Assembly (NCBI GenBank): GCA_965235115.1
Contig: OZ249436.1
Span: forward strand, 9,736,001-9,800,000
Direction of reading: 5' to 3'
Length of the DNA: 64,000 bases
DNA from: Laetmonice hystrix
Lineage: Eukaryota
The translations under genes and the position numbers were made by a program. Positions 53,052-64,000 of this stretch are shown in pieces (position 1 is the first letter of the stretch; each line of letters starts with the position of its first letter). Below the pieces are notes generated by a model, which worked only from the letters and a program-made list of their open reading frames with translations, was not told where the DNA came from and made no database searches.

Positions 53052-56000
53052 TGTCTGTTTGGCATGAGCAACAGCTTCCTCGAGTCCATGAACTTTGCTG
53101 CCCACTATGTACACTCCATGAGACCACACAGAACACTCCTCATGAACCCAGATTTCGGGAGGAAGATCATCGCTCACCGATTCCCAGCGCGGTGATGCCA
53201 GCAAACTGCCCCCTGAATTTTCACGAGATTTCCGCCGTCGCCTGCCCACTGGCGTCTCCTCGACTGACGAGCTGAGTTTTCGTCGTCGGTGCCGTTTTTC
53301 TGAGGACGGTGTGTCTGTCTGTGGTGTTTGATGTGTGGACGTGGAGGGTTGAGGGTCAACTGCTGTACTGGAGGGTTTGGTATTGGAAGGAGAGGGCTGT
53401 ACTGGAGCATAGTTCTCCGGATAGTATGGACCAAACAGGTCTCCCAGAGTCTGGTGGTTGCTGCCCTTGCCACAGAAGGCACACAGCCATGGGACAGAGT
53501 CAGATAGAACAAATGAGGTGGCAGATATTGCGGGGGGCTTCTCTTTGTGTATCTCACCGCCCGCACCACTTTTCTTCTTCTTACTCAATTTTTCACTCTC
53601 CAAATTGTCTAGTGTATTAACCACCTCCAGGGAAGTTGGGTTTTCCTTGGGTCCTGTAAGTCGGACAAATGGTCCCATTATTACCTGAGACCCTTTTTCC
53701 CCTTTCTTTTTCTTACTGCTCAGTTGGCAGGCTTCACCACCTTTTTTTAACATAGCCTTTAACGACTCCTCTTCCTCTTTGTAGTCTATTATCCCTTCCC
53801 CTTGTCCTTTTCGTCGTTTTCGCCGTTTCATTGGTACTTTGTTTTTACTACCAAAAGGGCGACCTCTCTTCTTCTTTCCCGTTGGCGTTGACCCAGGAGT
53901 GAGTTCGCTAGCTGAGCTGGAAGAAGGCACTTGCTGCAGTTGGTTGGTGCCAGACTCGGGTGTAACTTGCTCAGTTTTTACTGGAGGACTCACAGACGTG
54001 GGTGTAGTAACTGTAGTCGGCACTGCTGGCCCTTCTGCAGCTTCCTGTTTCACAGGTGTTTCCTGTTTGACTGTGGATGGCAATGGTACAACAGCAGGAC
54101 TGCGTGATGGTGAGGTGCCCCTCCCCTTGGACAGGCCTGATCGAGGGGAGTGGCCCCCTCGAGTGCCCCTACCCCGTCCACCACGACCTTTACCTAGCCG
54201 TACCGGAGGCCGTACGAGTTCGGCCTTTACAGGAGGAGGAAGCACCAGAAGGTCATCTTCTGGTCTCCTCAACTTGTTCCGTTTTGCCGGCAATATGTAA
54301 TCCTCATCCTCACTGTCATTGGACTCAATTTCGATTGGGATATCTACAAAGTTTGGCATGTGTGTCTGGCGTCGCTTCCGCATGCCCTTTCCCATACCTG
54401 GTCCCCCTTGGACAGGTTCTTCATCACACCGACTCAACTCAGGCTTATCTACGTCATCAAAAGAGGTACAAAGGTTCTTGCGCGACAGCTTTGGGCACTG
54501 TGGCATGGCAGCCTCAGACCGAGGCTTAACGTCACTTGAGCAATCATCAGTACGGCTGTGATTTATGGCTGCTGGTGGACCTGTCTCCCCGACAGCGTTG
54601 TCACGAACAGTTTGCTGAGCACTCTCCTTACTGGGAACGGATAAACACACAGGATTCAGCCTACCCTCTCCTTTCACGGTATCTCGACTCTCAATTTTAC
54701 ACTTGGGTTTGAACTTTGATGGTAACACGTCTTGTACTGGTACATCGTCATGTCTGTCGTTCACTCTCACTTTCAGGTCCATCACTGGCGCAGGACGTGC
54801 CTGGACCTTTTGAACGTTTGTGCTGTTAGTCAGTAGACTACTAGGTTTGACTATTTCTGATGTAGAAGTATTTTGAGTACAATGTGTTGCTGACTTTATG
54901 ACAGTCTTATTTTTTACGACCTCTTCCTTCTTTGGCACCTTAAGACCTTCACTGGACCTTGTTTCACTGCATGAGTTCGTCAAGTCAATGGATTTCATGT
55001 CTTTCGGTGGAGACTGATCCTGCTCACCCTTACCAGCAGTCGTATTCTGCCCAGTACATGGTACAACTCGCAGTGGTGACCTTATTTCAGCAGCTGCAAA
55101 CTTTACCCCTGACTTCAGATTTGAAGCGATCATCTCCAACCTGGATCCCTTACCTTTTGTCTTAACCTTTGTATTTAAACCAAGTGTAGCAACAACATTT
55201 GCCGACTTGTCCACTGAAGCACCAACAACTGAGGAGGTCAATTCCACGACAGGCTTGAGGCTTGTTTGAGCAAGAACAGAGTCCAACTTTCCCCGACTTA
55301 CAGATGATATGCTATGTGGCTTGATATCAGTGACTACATTAATTTTCTTCACCTCAGTTGCAGGCAAAGCATTAGTGTTGCCCTCATCTTTCACTACAGA
55401 CTTGCTATTGGACACAGTGGTACTCCCAATAGGGTTGGCCTTCAGTTCCATGTCGATTGGATTCAGTTTGACTGTACAAGTTGAACTACATACGTCTTTT
55501 TCTAAAGTTTTTAGACTGTCATCTTTCTTGGACCCTGACCTAATTTGAGATTTCACGTCTGGGCAGGATCTGAGCCCAACATTACCATCCTCTATGGTTG
55601 GCTGCGCTGATTTCACCTTGAGTTCTAGTGTCCGTTTAGTAACAGAACTTTTCTCACCTACTAGTGGCTCCTTACACTTTTGAGGTTCCTTACACTTTTC
55701 AGGATTAACCAAGTCTCTGCTGTTTTCTTTTCTTTTCAGATTGGCCTCTGGTTTCTCGAAACTGGACTCTGTTAATTTATCTTTAACATCTCTAATACCG
55801 GGCTTTATAACTGAAACGGGTAAGAGCCCCTTTGAAAGAGGCTTTACTAGCGAAACTTCTTTCTTTTTGGGGGCTGGATTAGTCTTTAATTCTTGTTTTG
55901 TATGTAAAACCTTTTTCCCTACAACAGGCCCATTGCTATGGATTTGTCTTTTTTCCTCAACTCTGTCTGTCTGGGTATTCACAGGGACAACCTCTACATT

Positions 56001-59000
56001 TTCTTTTGCACTCATGATGATCGCATTCTGGTTTTTCAAACTAGATACTTCATTTTTTGGATTCTCCTTGGTCTCTTTTAGATCCTGTTTACTCTCAAGA
56101 ATCATGGAAGGCTTCTTCATCTCCATATCTGACTTGCTGTTTTCTCGATTTCTGTCTTGTCTCACTCTCGTAGGACTTGTTGGAAGCTTTTCACAGGAAT
56201 TCTTTGCGTCAGAATTTTCCAGGGTTTTCTTCTTATCATCTAACTGACCATCTGGAGGTTGAGCACTGTCTTTTGTTCTGTCACACACCTTTAATGTCGT
56301 TTCCTTCGAGTTGACTGCTGGTAATATAGTCTCCACCTTAGAGTTTTTTACAGTTCTTTCGCTACTCTCCTTTGCTTCATCCTTTGTAAACCCTCTTGTA
56401 TTTCTAACAGAGGTGTCCTCAGATTTGTTGCCAGTGGTTTTTAATAGAGGAATAGTTGGAGTTACACGGTCAGCCACACTGACCTCACAAGAGTTTTCTG
56501 GCTTTTGTTCAGATTCATTTTCAACTTGTTTTGTTATTTTACTTTGTTCCTCCTTCGTCTCATCAGCAGATTTCTTGTCTACAAGGGTTTTGTCTGATTT
56601 CTCCAAGCCTTGTGACTGATGAGACTGATCACTGTCTTTTGGACTTTTTTGACAATCTTTCTCTTGCAACTTTTCAGATGACCCTGCATCTGCAACTGCA
56701 GATGAAGTTTTCTTTTTTGTTGGTTTTACAATACTTTTTGGAGATAAAACTTTCTCACACGTTTTAGTATCATTGGCCACTTTAACATTACCATCTACCT
56801 GTTTTTCTACACTTTTGTCAGCCTTTGGCTTTTGAGATTTGTTATCCCTGTTCAAAGGTTTTGGAAATGGTCTAACGACATGCCGTATGGGATTCTTTGA
56901 TTCAGCAGGTTTTTCACAAGATTTTGATTCATGTTTGATAACATCTGCATTTCTTTGTAGGCTCGGAGCGTCAGGCCTATGAACTAAAGGTTTTTCACTT
57001 TCATCTGCTTTTGGCTTGTTGTTTGTTTCAGACTTTTCACTTTCACCACTGAGTTTGTCTTGAGTAACTTCAGGTTTTTCATCAACACTTTTGACGTCAG
57101 GCGTTTTTGCCTTTGAATCAGGGGTTGTTGTGTCTGAAGTTACTTTGTTGGGCTGCTTTCTCTTTTTCCTCACTTTTGACTCTAAACTGACAACTTCCTT
57201 AGTTTCTGAATGGTGATGATTCGAGGAACTCACACCATTCACAACTGGAGTGGCAGACTTTTGGAGATCCTCTGAGGAATGCCGCTTAACTTGAACATTC
57301 TCTGATTTAAGATTTGACCTGCCTAATCTTACATCCTCACGAAGATGTTCCATCTTGACCACAGGATCATTTGTCAATTTTATATCAAATTTATCATTCA
57401 CATTAACTCGGACCATGATGTTATTGTTGCAGTTTTTGGTTTTCACATCAACTTTTGTGCTGGCTTTCCCAGGCGACTTAGGCTCCGGCTTTGCCTTGTC
57501 TCCTGAATCACTTTTGCCCGGACTGCGTGCCGGACTTCTTGCTGGACTGCTGCCCCGTCGCCGCCGCTTTGGTTCGGGTTCATCAGGAACCTCAGCACTT
57601 GTCCGGCCTATGCTCTCTTTGTTTTCGCTTTCCTCTCGAGCTTTGAGCTTTACATTTGCTTTAGATTTAGGCAATTTAGCCTTTGGTGATTCTGATTTTT
57701 GATTGTTTGACCCTGGATTAACCGCCCCCTTTGATGACCTATCATCAACAGTCTTTGATTCAGCACTGGTTTCAGCAACCGGTTTGGCTTTCGTGTCAGC
57801 CTGGTTGCTGGTTAACGGTTCTGTGTCACTACCACAGTGCTTACCATCTTCACAATGCTGGTTGGAACCTTCTGGTTCGGACTTGATGTCAGGGGGCGCT
57901 TCACCGTTTTTTGACGGTTCACCATTTTTAGAATTGGTATCACCTGCACTTGGCAAGCAGGCATCATTAACAACACTTTTAGGATCTATAACTTGACTTT
58001 CGGGTAGCATGACAAGTTTCTGCAGAGACTGAAGTGGATTTGATGAGTGACTATCCCTGTCAGGCTCTGAGCAATGTCGGTGTTGCTGCTGCTGCTGTTG
58101 CTGCTGCTGATGTTGTGATCCAGCCATGCTGTAGGTGCTGCCAGTTGATGTCCCACTATTGTCCATGTACATGGACGAACTCGGAGGTCCTTGGCTGGCC
58201 TGTGACTGCGGGCCTGTGGAGAAACCAGACGGACTGGAGTGACTTGAAGACGAGTTCATATAGTTGTTGCTGGGAGAGAAATGTCCAGAAGGACCTTGAT
58301 TTGTAGGTGAACGCATGGCAGATGCCATACTCGCTGGTGAATGTTGACCTGCCGTGCCCATTGGTGGCAAAGGAGAGGGCGTCGGATGCATATTATGCAT
58401 CGGTGACCTCATGGGGCCTTGGTTACAGTTCATTGGGGATTGCATCGGTTGCATCCCTGGAGACCTCATCCCAGCCAAGCTCGGGGACGCCACAGAGTGT
58501 GCTGCTGGAGATCTCTCTGGTCCCGGTGCTGGACTTCTCATCGGCCCTGGGCTTGTGCTGGGCATGCTTGGGTTGCTGTGAACAGAGGCTGGACTTCTTA
58601 CTTGAAGTGGGCTCAGCGGTGATGCTTGACTCTGAGGAGGCATCTGATTGGTGTTGGGGTACATGAATTGCTGCCCTGGACCCATCTGTCCTTGGCCCAT
58701 AGGACCTTGACCCATTTGATTTTGTGGATGGCCCATCTGACCTTGTGTGTGTCCTGGAGGGTACTGACTGGAGAACTGGCTAGGGTTGTTCGGCATCATG
58801 TGCGATGAATGTTGGGCCATTTGGTTCATCTGGTTTGGTACTTGCTGCTGGTACTTGTTCATGTGGCCCTGCGGTCCAGCCATTCCAACTGGACCATTCG
58901 GGGTGTAGGCACTGGACGCCATCTGAAGGATGTTGTCAGCGACCTGTTGGGGGGTCTGTTGTTGAGACTGCTGCATCTGCTGCGTCCTCATATGATGGTG

Positions 59001-59283
59001 AAGTGCGCTTGGACTTGGGTTAGATTGTGGCGGCATACTGTTGGAATACATGCCACCTCCACCAGGCGGCGCTCCTAGGTTAGCGCTGCTGTAGGGCGGA
59101 TTGGGTTGTCCTGGGAAGCCGCCGGGCCCACCAGGTCCTGGTCCAGGACCATGGCTGTACTGGGGGTGACCATAGTTTGGGTGTGACGGCATTCCCCCTG
59201 GGTGTTGTGGCATTTGCCCTGACTGCGACATGTATGGATTGTTGCCATAGGGGTGCATCTGTTGTTGTTGCTGCTGTTGTTGC

Positions 59284-59321
<38 letters not shown>

Positions 59322-59399
59322 CCACATCTGACCTTGTCCTTGGCCGTAGTATCCTTGACCTTGGTTCTGGTATGGTCCCATTGGAGACATGTTTCCCCC
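53052..59399 (-). CDS. RAI1/TCF20-like: RAI1/TCF20-family transcriptional regulator, giant exon (polyQ and Q/P/M-rich N-terminus, long disordered middle, AT-hook, N-terminal half of ePHD)
   Basis: Open frame of 2116 codons. Acceptor tatttgcag|GGG at 59399, first in-exon ATG at 59390, donor ACA|gtaagt at 53051. AT-hook KKRGRPFGSKNK. ePHD motifs CAFCGK...LGDLFGPYY and EIWVHEECSVWSHGVY..GSKVHGLEEA. Confidence 0.92.
59259..59321 (-). repeat. CAG/CAA trinucleotide repeat encoding 21 Gln
   Basis: 63 nt of mixed CAG/CAA codons inside the giant exon. Confidence 0.9.
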
Positions 59400-60619
59400 C
59401 TGCAAATACACAAATATGACACAAAATAAGAATCACGTATAGCTTTAGGGAGCACTGAAAATTGATCTAGTGAGAATAACAGTCCTAGAACCTCTAAGGC
59501 TCATGCCCATTGAATGCCAAAGATTATTTGCATATTTTTTTATCGATAGCCTTGCAATCACACTTCTTTTCAATCCCTATGAGAGAATCAATACCTTATG
59601 AATATTCAACTCAATTCTTTTAAATTATTTGGTCGGTTACACAAAACCCCATTATGTCATATCCCAGTGGAGCTTGGTGGGAAGAGCGTTGAGAAAGGGC
59701 TCTTTGCCTTTTGTTTAAGCTTCAGACCCAGATATTTTCATTAACATTCCTTTACTCTGATGACAACCAAGGCACGGATAATGGCCTGCTACAGGCATTC
59801 CAAGCATTCAACACAATTGATTAAAAGCGATCATATTAATCAAGCCTTGAGTTTATAGGAATTCTCTGCTCCTGGGGTCTTCAACTTCATGGAAACTGAA
59901 TCCTGATCGAAACCTTTCATGTATTTTAAGCATATTTGAAAAACGACCAAGAGGAACTGCTAGTTGGTATCTTTACACTGGAACCTGTTCACCATCACTT
60001 CTTTTGGGATCGATCACGTCTTACGGCCAAGACTTAATTTATGCATATTGCTTCAGAAATATCCTTCCTGCACTCGACTGCGTGTGGGCGCGTGTCTGTG
60101 TGGATAAATTGCCAATTAGCAAACAAGAATGAGTACGCCTGCTCATGGCAAGCTCATAACTTTTTTTCCTGTCGATAATTAACATGCATGGCACACAGAG
60201 TAATAAGGGAGTCAATGTGGTCAGCACTGGGCCAACCAAAGGGCCGGTGCTGATCCGCCGCCACATTAGGGGCACTAGTAGAGGCTCTGGGGTGCATGGT
60301 AATGGGACCAAATGGGCACTATACCATTACACTGCCCCACTGCCAATCACACACAAACTAACAGGGCCTTCCAACAAACCTGCACAATAGAGTGCTGTAA
60401 TGGATTAAAAGCAGGGCTACACAGTGTCCAAATAATAATGGTGTCGAGCCAGTGGGTGGTGTGTAATCTGTGAGCTGCCTGCTGACAGCAGCTAGCAGGG
60501 TACTTTGATAGTGATGGATTGGTTCAAGGCCCACAATCTGGCCTGCCAGTGAGAACCGACACTGATCAGGTCGACACTCGTCCTACCAGCCGCCGCCGTC
60601 ACCAGCCAACCCGCAATAC

Positions 60620-61355
60620 TATCGTACCCCAAGTTTCACATTGGGCTACTCTTGCCCAAAACAATGGACAGACAACCTATGTCAGAGACAATTCTTATGT
60701 TTAGTTGTAAATTGTATACGTTTGATTTACACCCAGAAAGATTAGATGTTCATTATAGACATTTACCAACCATGTTGTGGTGCATTAAGGATTTAACCAC
60801 CGTTCTCAGATGTTCAGTTTGTATTCATTGTTTGCTACCAGCATCTTAGGTTTACAAACAATGTAATCTCTTGGGTGACATATGTTCTCCATTGATGGTT
60901 TTCCCCAGCTTTCGTTTGGGAGGTTGTTTTATTAATGAAGGCAGTACAGTCATAGGGGCAGAGTCGCTCATCACAGGGAACCCGTAATACAGGTGTTTTC
61001 TCACCTATTGTTTCCCACCTCTGTGAAGCAGCTCACTAGTGCCAGGATGTCGGCCTCAGTAATCACTGCTCATTAGACTCTCTGCCAGTGCCAACTTACT
61101 TGTCTTTAACAACAATATACAATCCCCAAAGTGGCCTGCCCTGTGATGGTTTAGCCAATCGGGAGCCAGCATTTTTAGGTTGTATATCATTGGTCAGTTT
61201 GACAATGGTTTTCTCTATATATACTCATGTTATAACTTTGTACAAAAACTTGGAAAGTGAACTGGAATAAACTTCATAATAGTTGACCAGCTCAACCTCG
61301 TCCTTCTGCTGTACACGCAGTCTTCTGGAATGTCGTAGGAACCCTCCGTACGATA
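60620..61355 (+). repeat. 5' LTR (736 bp)
   Basis: Near-identical to 62740-63474. Contains CCAAT (61155), TATATATA (61216) and AATAAA (61266). Confidence 0.93.
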
Positions 61356-61449
61356 ATTGGTGGAGAACCCGGGTGGTTAGCTCTTTTTAGCTGCTAACAG
61401 TCCCTATATGTATTAGCTCCCAGAAGACACAGCCTGCCTGAAGACAACC

Positions 61450-62589
61450 ATGGACGGATTTCTCCCACAACCTGTTCTGGCATTTTTACATGATGCCAAG
61501 AATCTTGGAGTGTCGCTAAGCTGGTCCATCTCCAGCTCACAGGATAAGAAGTCCATAGTTCTGGAGTGGAATACCCATCCAGATACAGATAAGTCCATTT
61601 GTGTGTCATCGACCTCTGGTCACAAATCTCCAAGCAGACGTCGCCGTGATGCTCAGAGATATCAGGCCTGGACCAAGAAGAAGCAGGAGACCAGCCAGTC
61701 AGCACCCAGTAGCCGAGAGGAGAAGAACAAGGGACCAAACAAGGCAGTCCACATTCCTGAGGGAACCAAGTCGACAGTTGCACGGTCAAAACGTCACCAG
61801 AGAAAACCTGGACGAACGTCAACAGCAGGACTCATCCCATACCACCAGGAACATCGCCTCCCTCCTCCAGTGAGTGCCGTTTCGCTCGACCATGGACCAT
61901 CCAGGTCAAACGCATCAACCCAAACAGACAGGCCAGTGACCATCTCTCGTGAGCTGCAAACTGCCCCTCCCACTGTCCAGTCTAAAGGTGTGCAAGCATT
62001 TTGCTCTGTGCCATCCGACACCAAGAGTTGTCAGAGTGAGGCAGTGAGCAGATCTGACTCTGCTACTCAGACTTGGACAATCAGGGGTGACCAGAGTACC
62101 CAGACTGTGGGAAATGGCCCCCAGAAGACAAAGCAATTGTTGGATCCCATGTGTCTAGGATCTAGTGAGCTGGAGTTCCCAGATCAACACTTCCTTGATT
62201 CCCTGGTCAGAAATAGAAGTGATCCACGGTCACTTCCCATACTGCATCCAGCTGGACAGAGAAGTATACCCGTGTGTGATAAGAGCCTCACAAGGAAATT
62301 GTCTTATAGACAAGAGATCTATGAGAGCCATGTGTTACTCTCTGAACCCATTGATTACGATATCACACATATCAGAGAATGTTTTGGATTTCTTGAACGT
62401 GACGAGGCATTTTATCTTCTCACAAAGTATAGAGGGCTGCATTACCTTATACCAGATGAAGGACGTTACTCAGACTTTGAACAGTTGGACCGTGCTGGAT
62501 CACTCTGTGTGACACTTTTAATTTATGATTATAGAAGACGGAGGTATATCCAACCAGAACCTCGATATAATAACCTTGTTCAAGTTTAA
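61450..62589 (+). CDS. 379-aa protein of unknown function carried by the LTR element
   Basis: Intact ORF filling most of the 1384-bp internal region, with a good Kozak context (aaccATGG). No recognisable RT, integrase, protease or CCHC knuckle motif. Confidence 0.8.
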   Translation: MDGFLPQPVLAFLHDAKNLGVSLSWSISSSQDKKSIVLEWNTHPDTDKSICVSSTSGHKSPSRRRRDAQRYQAWTKKKQETSQSAPSSREEKNKGPNKAVHIPEGTKSTVARSKRHQRKPGRTSTAGLIPYHQEHRLPPPVSAVSLDHGPSRSNASTQTDRPVTISRELQTAPPTVQSKGVQAFCSVPSDTKSCQSEAVSRSDSATQTWTIRGDQSTQTVGNGPQKTKQLLDPMCLGSSELEFPDQHFLDSLVRNRSDPRSLPILHPAGQRSIPVCDKSLTRKLSYRQEIYESHVLLSEPIDYDITHIRECFGFLERDEAFYLLTKYRGLHYLIPDEGRYSDFEQLDRAGSLCVTLLIYDYRRRRYIQPEPRYNNLVQV

Positions 62590-62739
62590 CATGACTGTCA
62601 GGAGAGGACAATCACATCTGTATCCTGACATTTGGTATTTTTCATAGCAGATATCTTCTACATGATATCCAGTCATGAACAATCATTTTTATTTTTCTTT
62701 GAGATTGGATGCTCCAATCTCAGTTGAGCGAGGGGGATA

Positions 62740-63474
62740 TATCGTACCCCAAGTTTCACATTGGGCTACTCTTGCCCAAAACAATGGACAGACAACCTAT
62801 GTCAGAGACAATTCTTATGTTTAGTTGTAAATTGTATACGTTTGATTTACACCCAGAAAGATTAGATGTTCATTATAGACATTTACCAACCATGTTGTGG
62901 TGCATTAAGGATTTAACCACCGTTCTCAGATGTTCAGTTTGTATTCATTGTTTGCTACCAGCATCTTAGGTTTACAAACAATGTAATCTCTTGGGTGACA
63001 TATGTTCTCCATTGATGGTTTTCCCCAGCTTTCGTTTGGGAGGTTGTTTTATTAATGAAGGCAGTACAGTCATAGGGGCAGAGTCGCTCATCACAGGGAA
63101 CCCGTAATACAGGTGTTTTCTCACCTATTGTTTCCCACCTCTGTGAAGCAGCTCACTAGTGCCAGGATGTCGGCCTCAGTAATCACTGCTCATTAGACTC
63201 TCTGCCAGTGCCAACTTACTTGTCTTTAACAACAATATACAATCCCCAAAGTGGCCTGCCCTGTGATGGTTTAGCCAATCGGGAGCCAGCATTTTTAGGT
63301 TGTATATCATTGGTCAGTTTGACAATGGTTTTCTCTATATATACTCATGTTATAACTTTGTACAAAAACTTGGAAAGTGAACTGGAATAAACTTCATATA
63401 GTTGACCAGCTCAACCTCGTCCTTCTGCTGTACACGCAGTCTTCTGGAATGTCGTAGGAACCTTCCGTACGATA
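62740..63474 (+). repeat. 3' LTR (735 bp)
   Basis: By eye it differs from the 5' LTR by one 1-nt indel (cataatag vs catatag) and one substitution (accctcc vs accttcc). Confidence 0.93.
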
Positions 63475-64000
63475 ATACCACCAGTACATCCACCACCACT
63501 CCGGGTCCACGGAGAAACCCGAGAGAAACTGCTCATTAACCTCACCCCTCTCCTTTTTCTAAATCTACAGACTTTAGATGCTGGGGCAGATATGTCGTAG
63601 ACTGGTAGTGTCTATTTCATGAGGTCCACTTTTTTAAGGAACAGAGAAGCGTCGCAATGCAGCAACTAATTTTGATGCATGTGCATAATATCACACCTCA
63701 CCCCGTCTGGTCACACTAACAATCTTTTATTCCACTTAATTAATTGTGTCTGACTGAGTGGCTACATAAAATTATGTCTCAGAAATTAGTTGCAACCACT
63801 GGAGAGAGACCGAGGGGAGAACCAGTAAATTAACAAAACTGAGATTCACCGGTTCACTTACGCCAATGATACGTAGTCAAATGTAGGCTAGGAAATGCGC
63901 TGTCACAATAATATATAAGCTCTAGCATGTCAACAGCCATCTTCGGTTAACTAGGACGACTACATCATTTCAGATACTGCATTTCAGATTTCAGCCGCAA

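Larger units (their letters stand above)
60620..63474 (+). mobile_element. Non-autonomous LTR retroelement (two ~735-bp LTRs, PBS, PPT, 4-bp TSD ATAC, single non-pol ORF)
   Basis: Direct repeats 60620-61355 and 62740-63474. Terminal inverted repeat TATCGTAC...GTACGATA. ATAC at 60616-60619 and 63475-63478. PBS TGGTGGAGAACCCGGGT at 61358-61374. PPT GAGCGAGGGGGA at 62726-62737. Confidence 0.93.

Noticed and set aside
53174..59455. Many short antisense or alternative-frame ORFs overlapping the giant exon
   Set aside because: Expected shadows of a long, biased coding sequence.
60620..61355. Retrozyme hypothesis (hammerhead ribozyme in the LTR)
   Set aside because: No CTGANGA...GAAA core was found by eye on either strand. 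An Infernal/Rfam scan would settle it.
60652..63390. Duplicated 60-86-aa ORFs inside the LTRs
   Set aside because: Identical only because the LTRs are duplicated; no recognisable motif.
63861..63980. Candidate upstream exon of the RAI1/TCF20-like gene (donor GGC|gtaagt at 63861)
   Set aside because: Its ATG frame ends in phase 1 while the giant exon needs phase 0. It could be a non-coding exon but cannot be supported here.

Overview
Eukaryotic (bilaterian invertebrate, probably lophotrochozoan; inferred) genomic DNA, not prokaryotic. There are two host genes, both on the minus strand. (1) The 5' part of a non-muscle myosin II heavy chain gene (zipper/MYH9/MYH10 type), with coding exons at 41738-42091, 40009-40165, a 28-nt microexon at 25346-25373 missed by the ORF track, and 5369-5489. 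Candidate loop-1 microexons lie at 4287-4310 and 1567-1584, and the gene runs off the left edge. (2) A RAI1/TCF20-family chromatin reader with a 6.35-kb giant exon (53052-59399) and small ePHD exons at 48793-48886, 48479-48528 and 47672-47716. The introns hold many minisatellites and non-autonomous DNA transposons. The most unusual object is a very young 2.85-kb LTR retroelement (60620-63474). It has non-canonical TA...TA termini, a 4-bp TSD, a tRNA-Ala-type PBS and a PPT. It carries no recognisable gag or pol, only one intact 379-aa ORF with a regularly spaced array of TQT-type (LC8/dynein light chain-binding-like) motifs.
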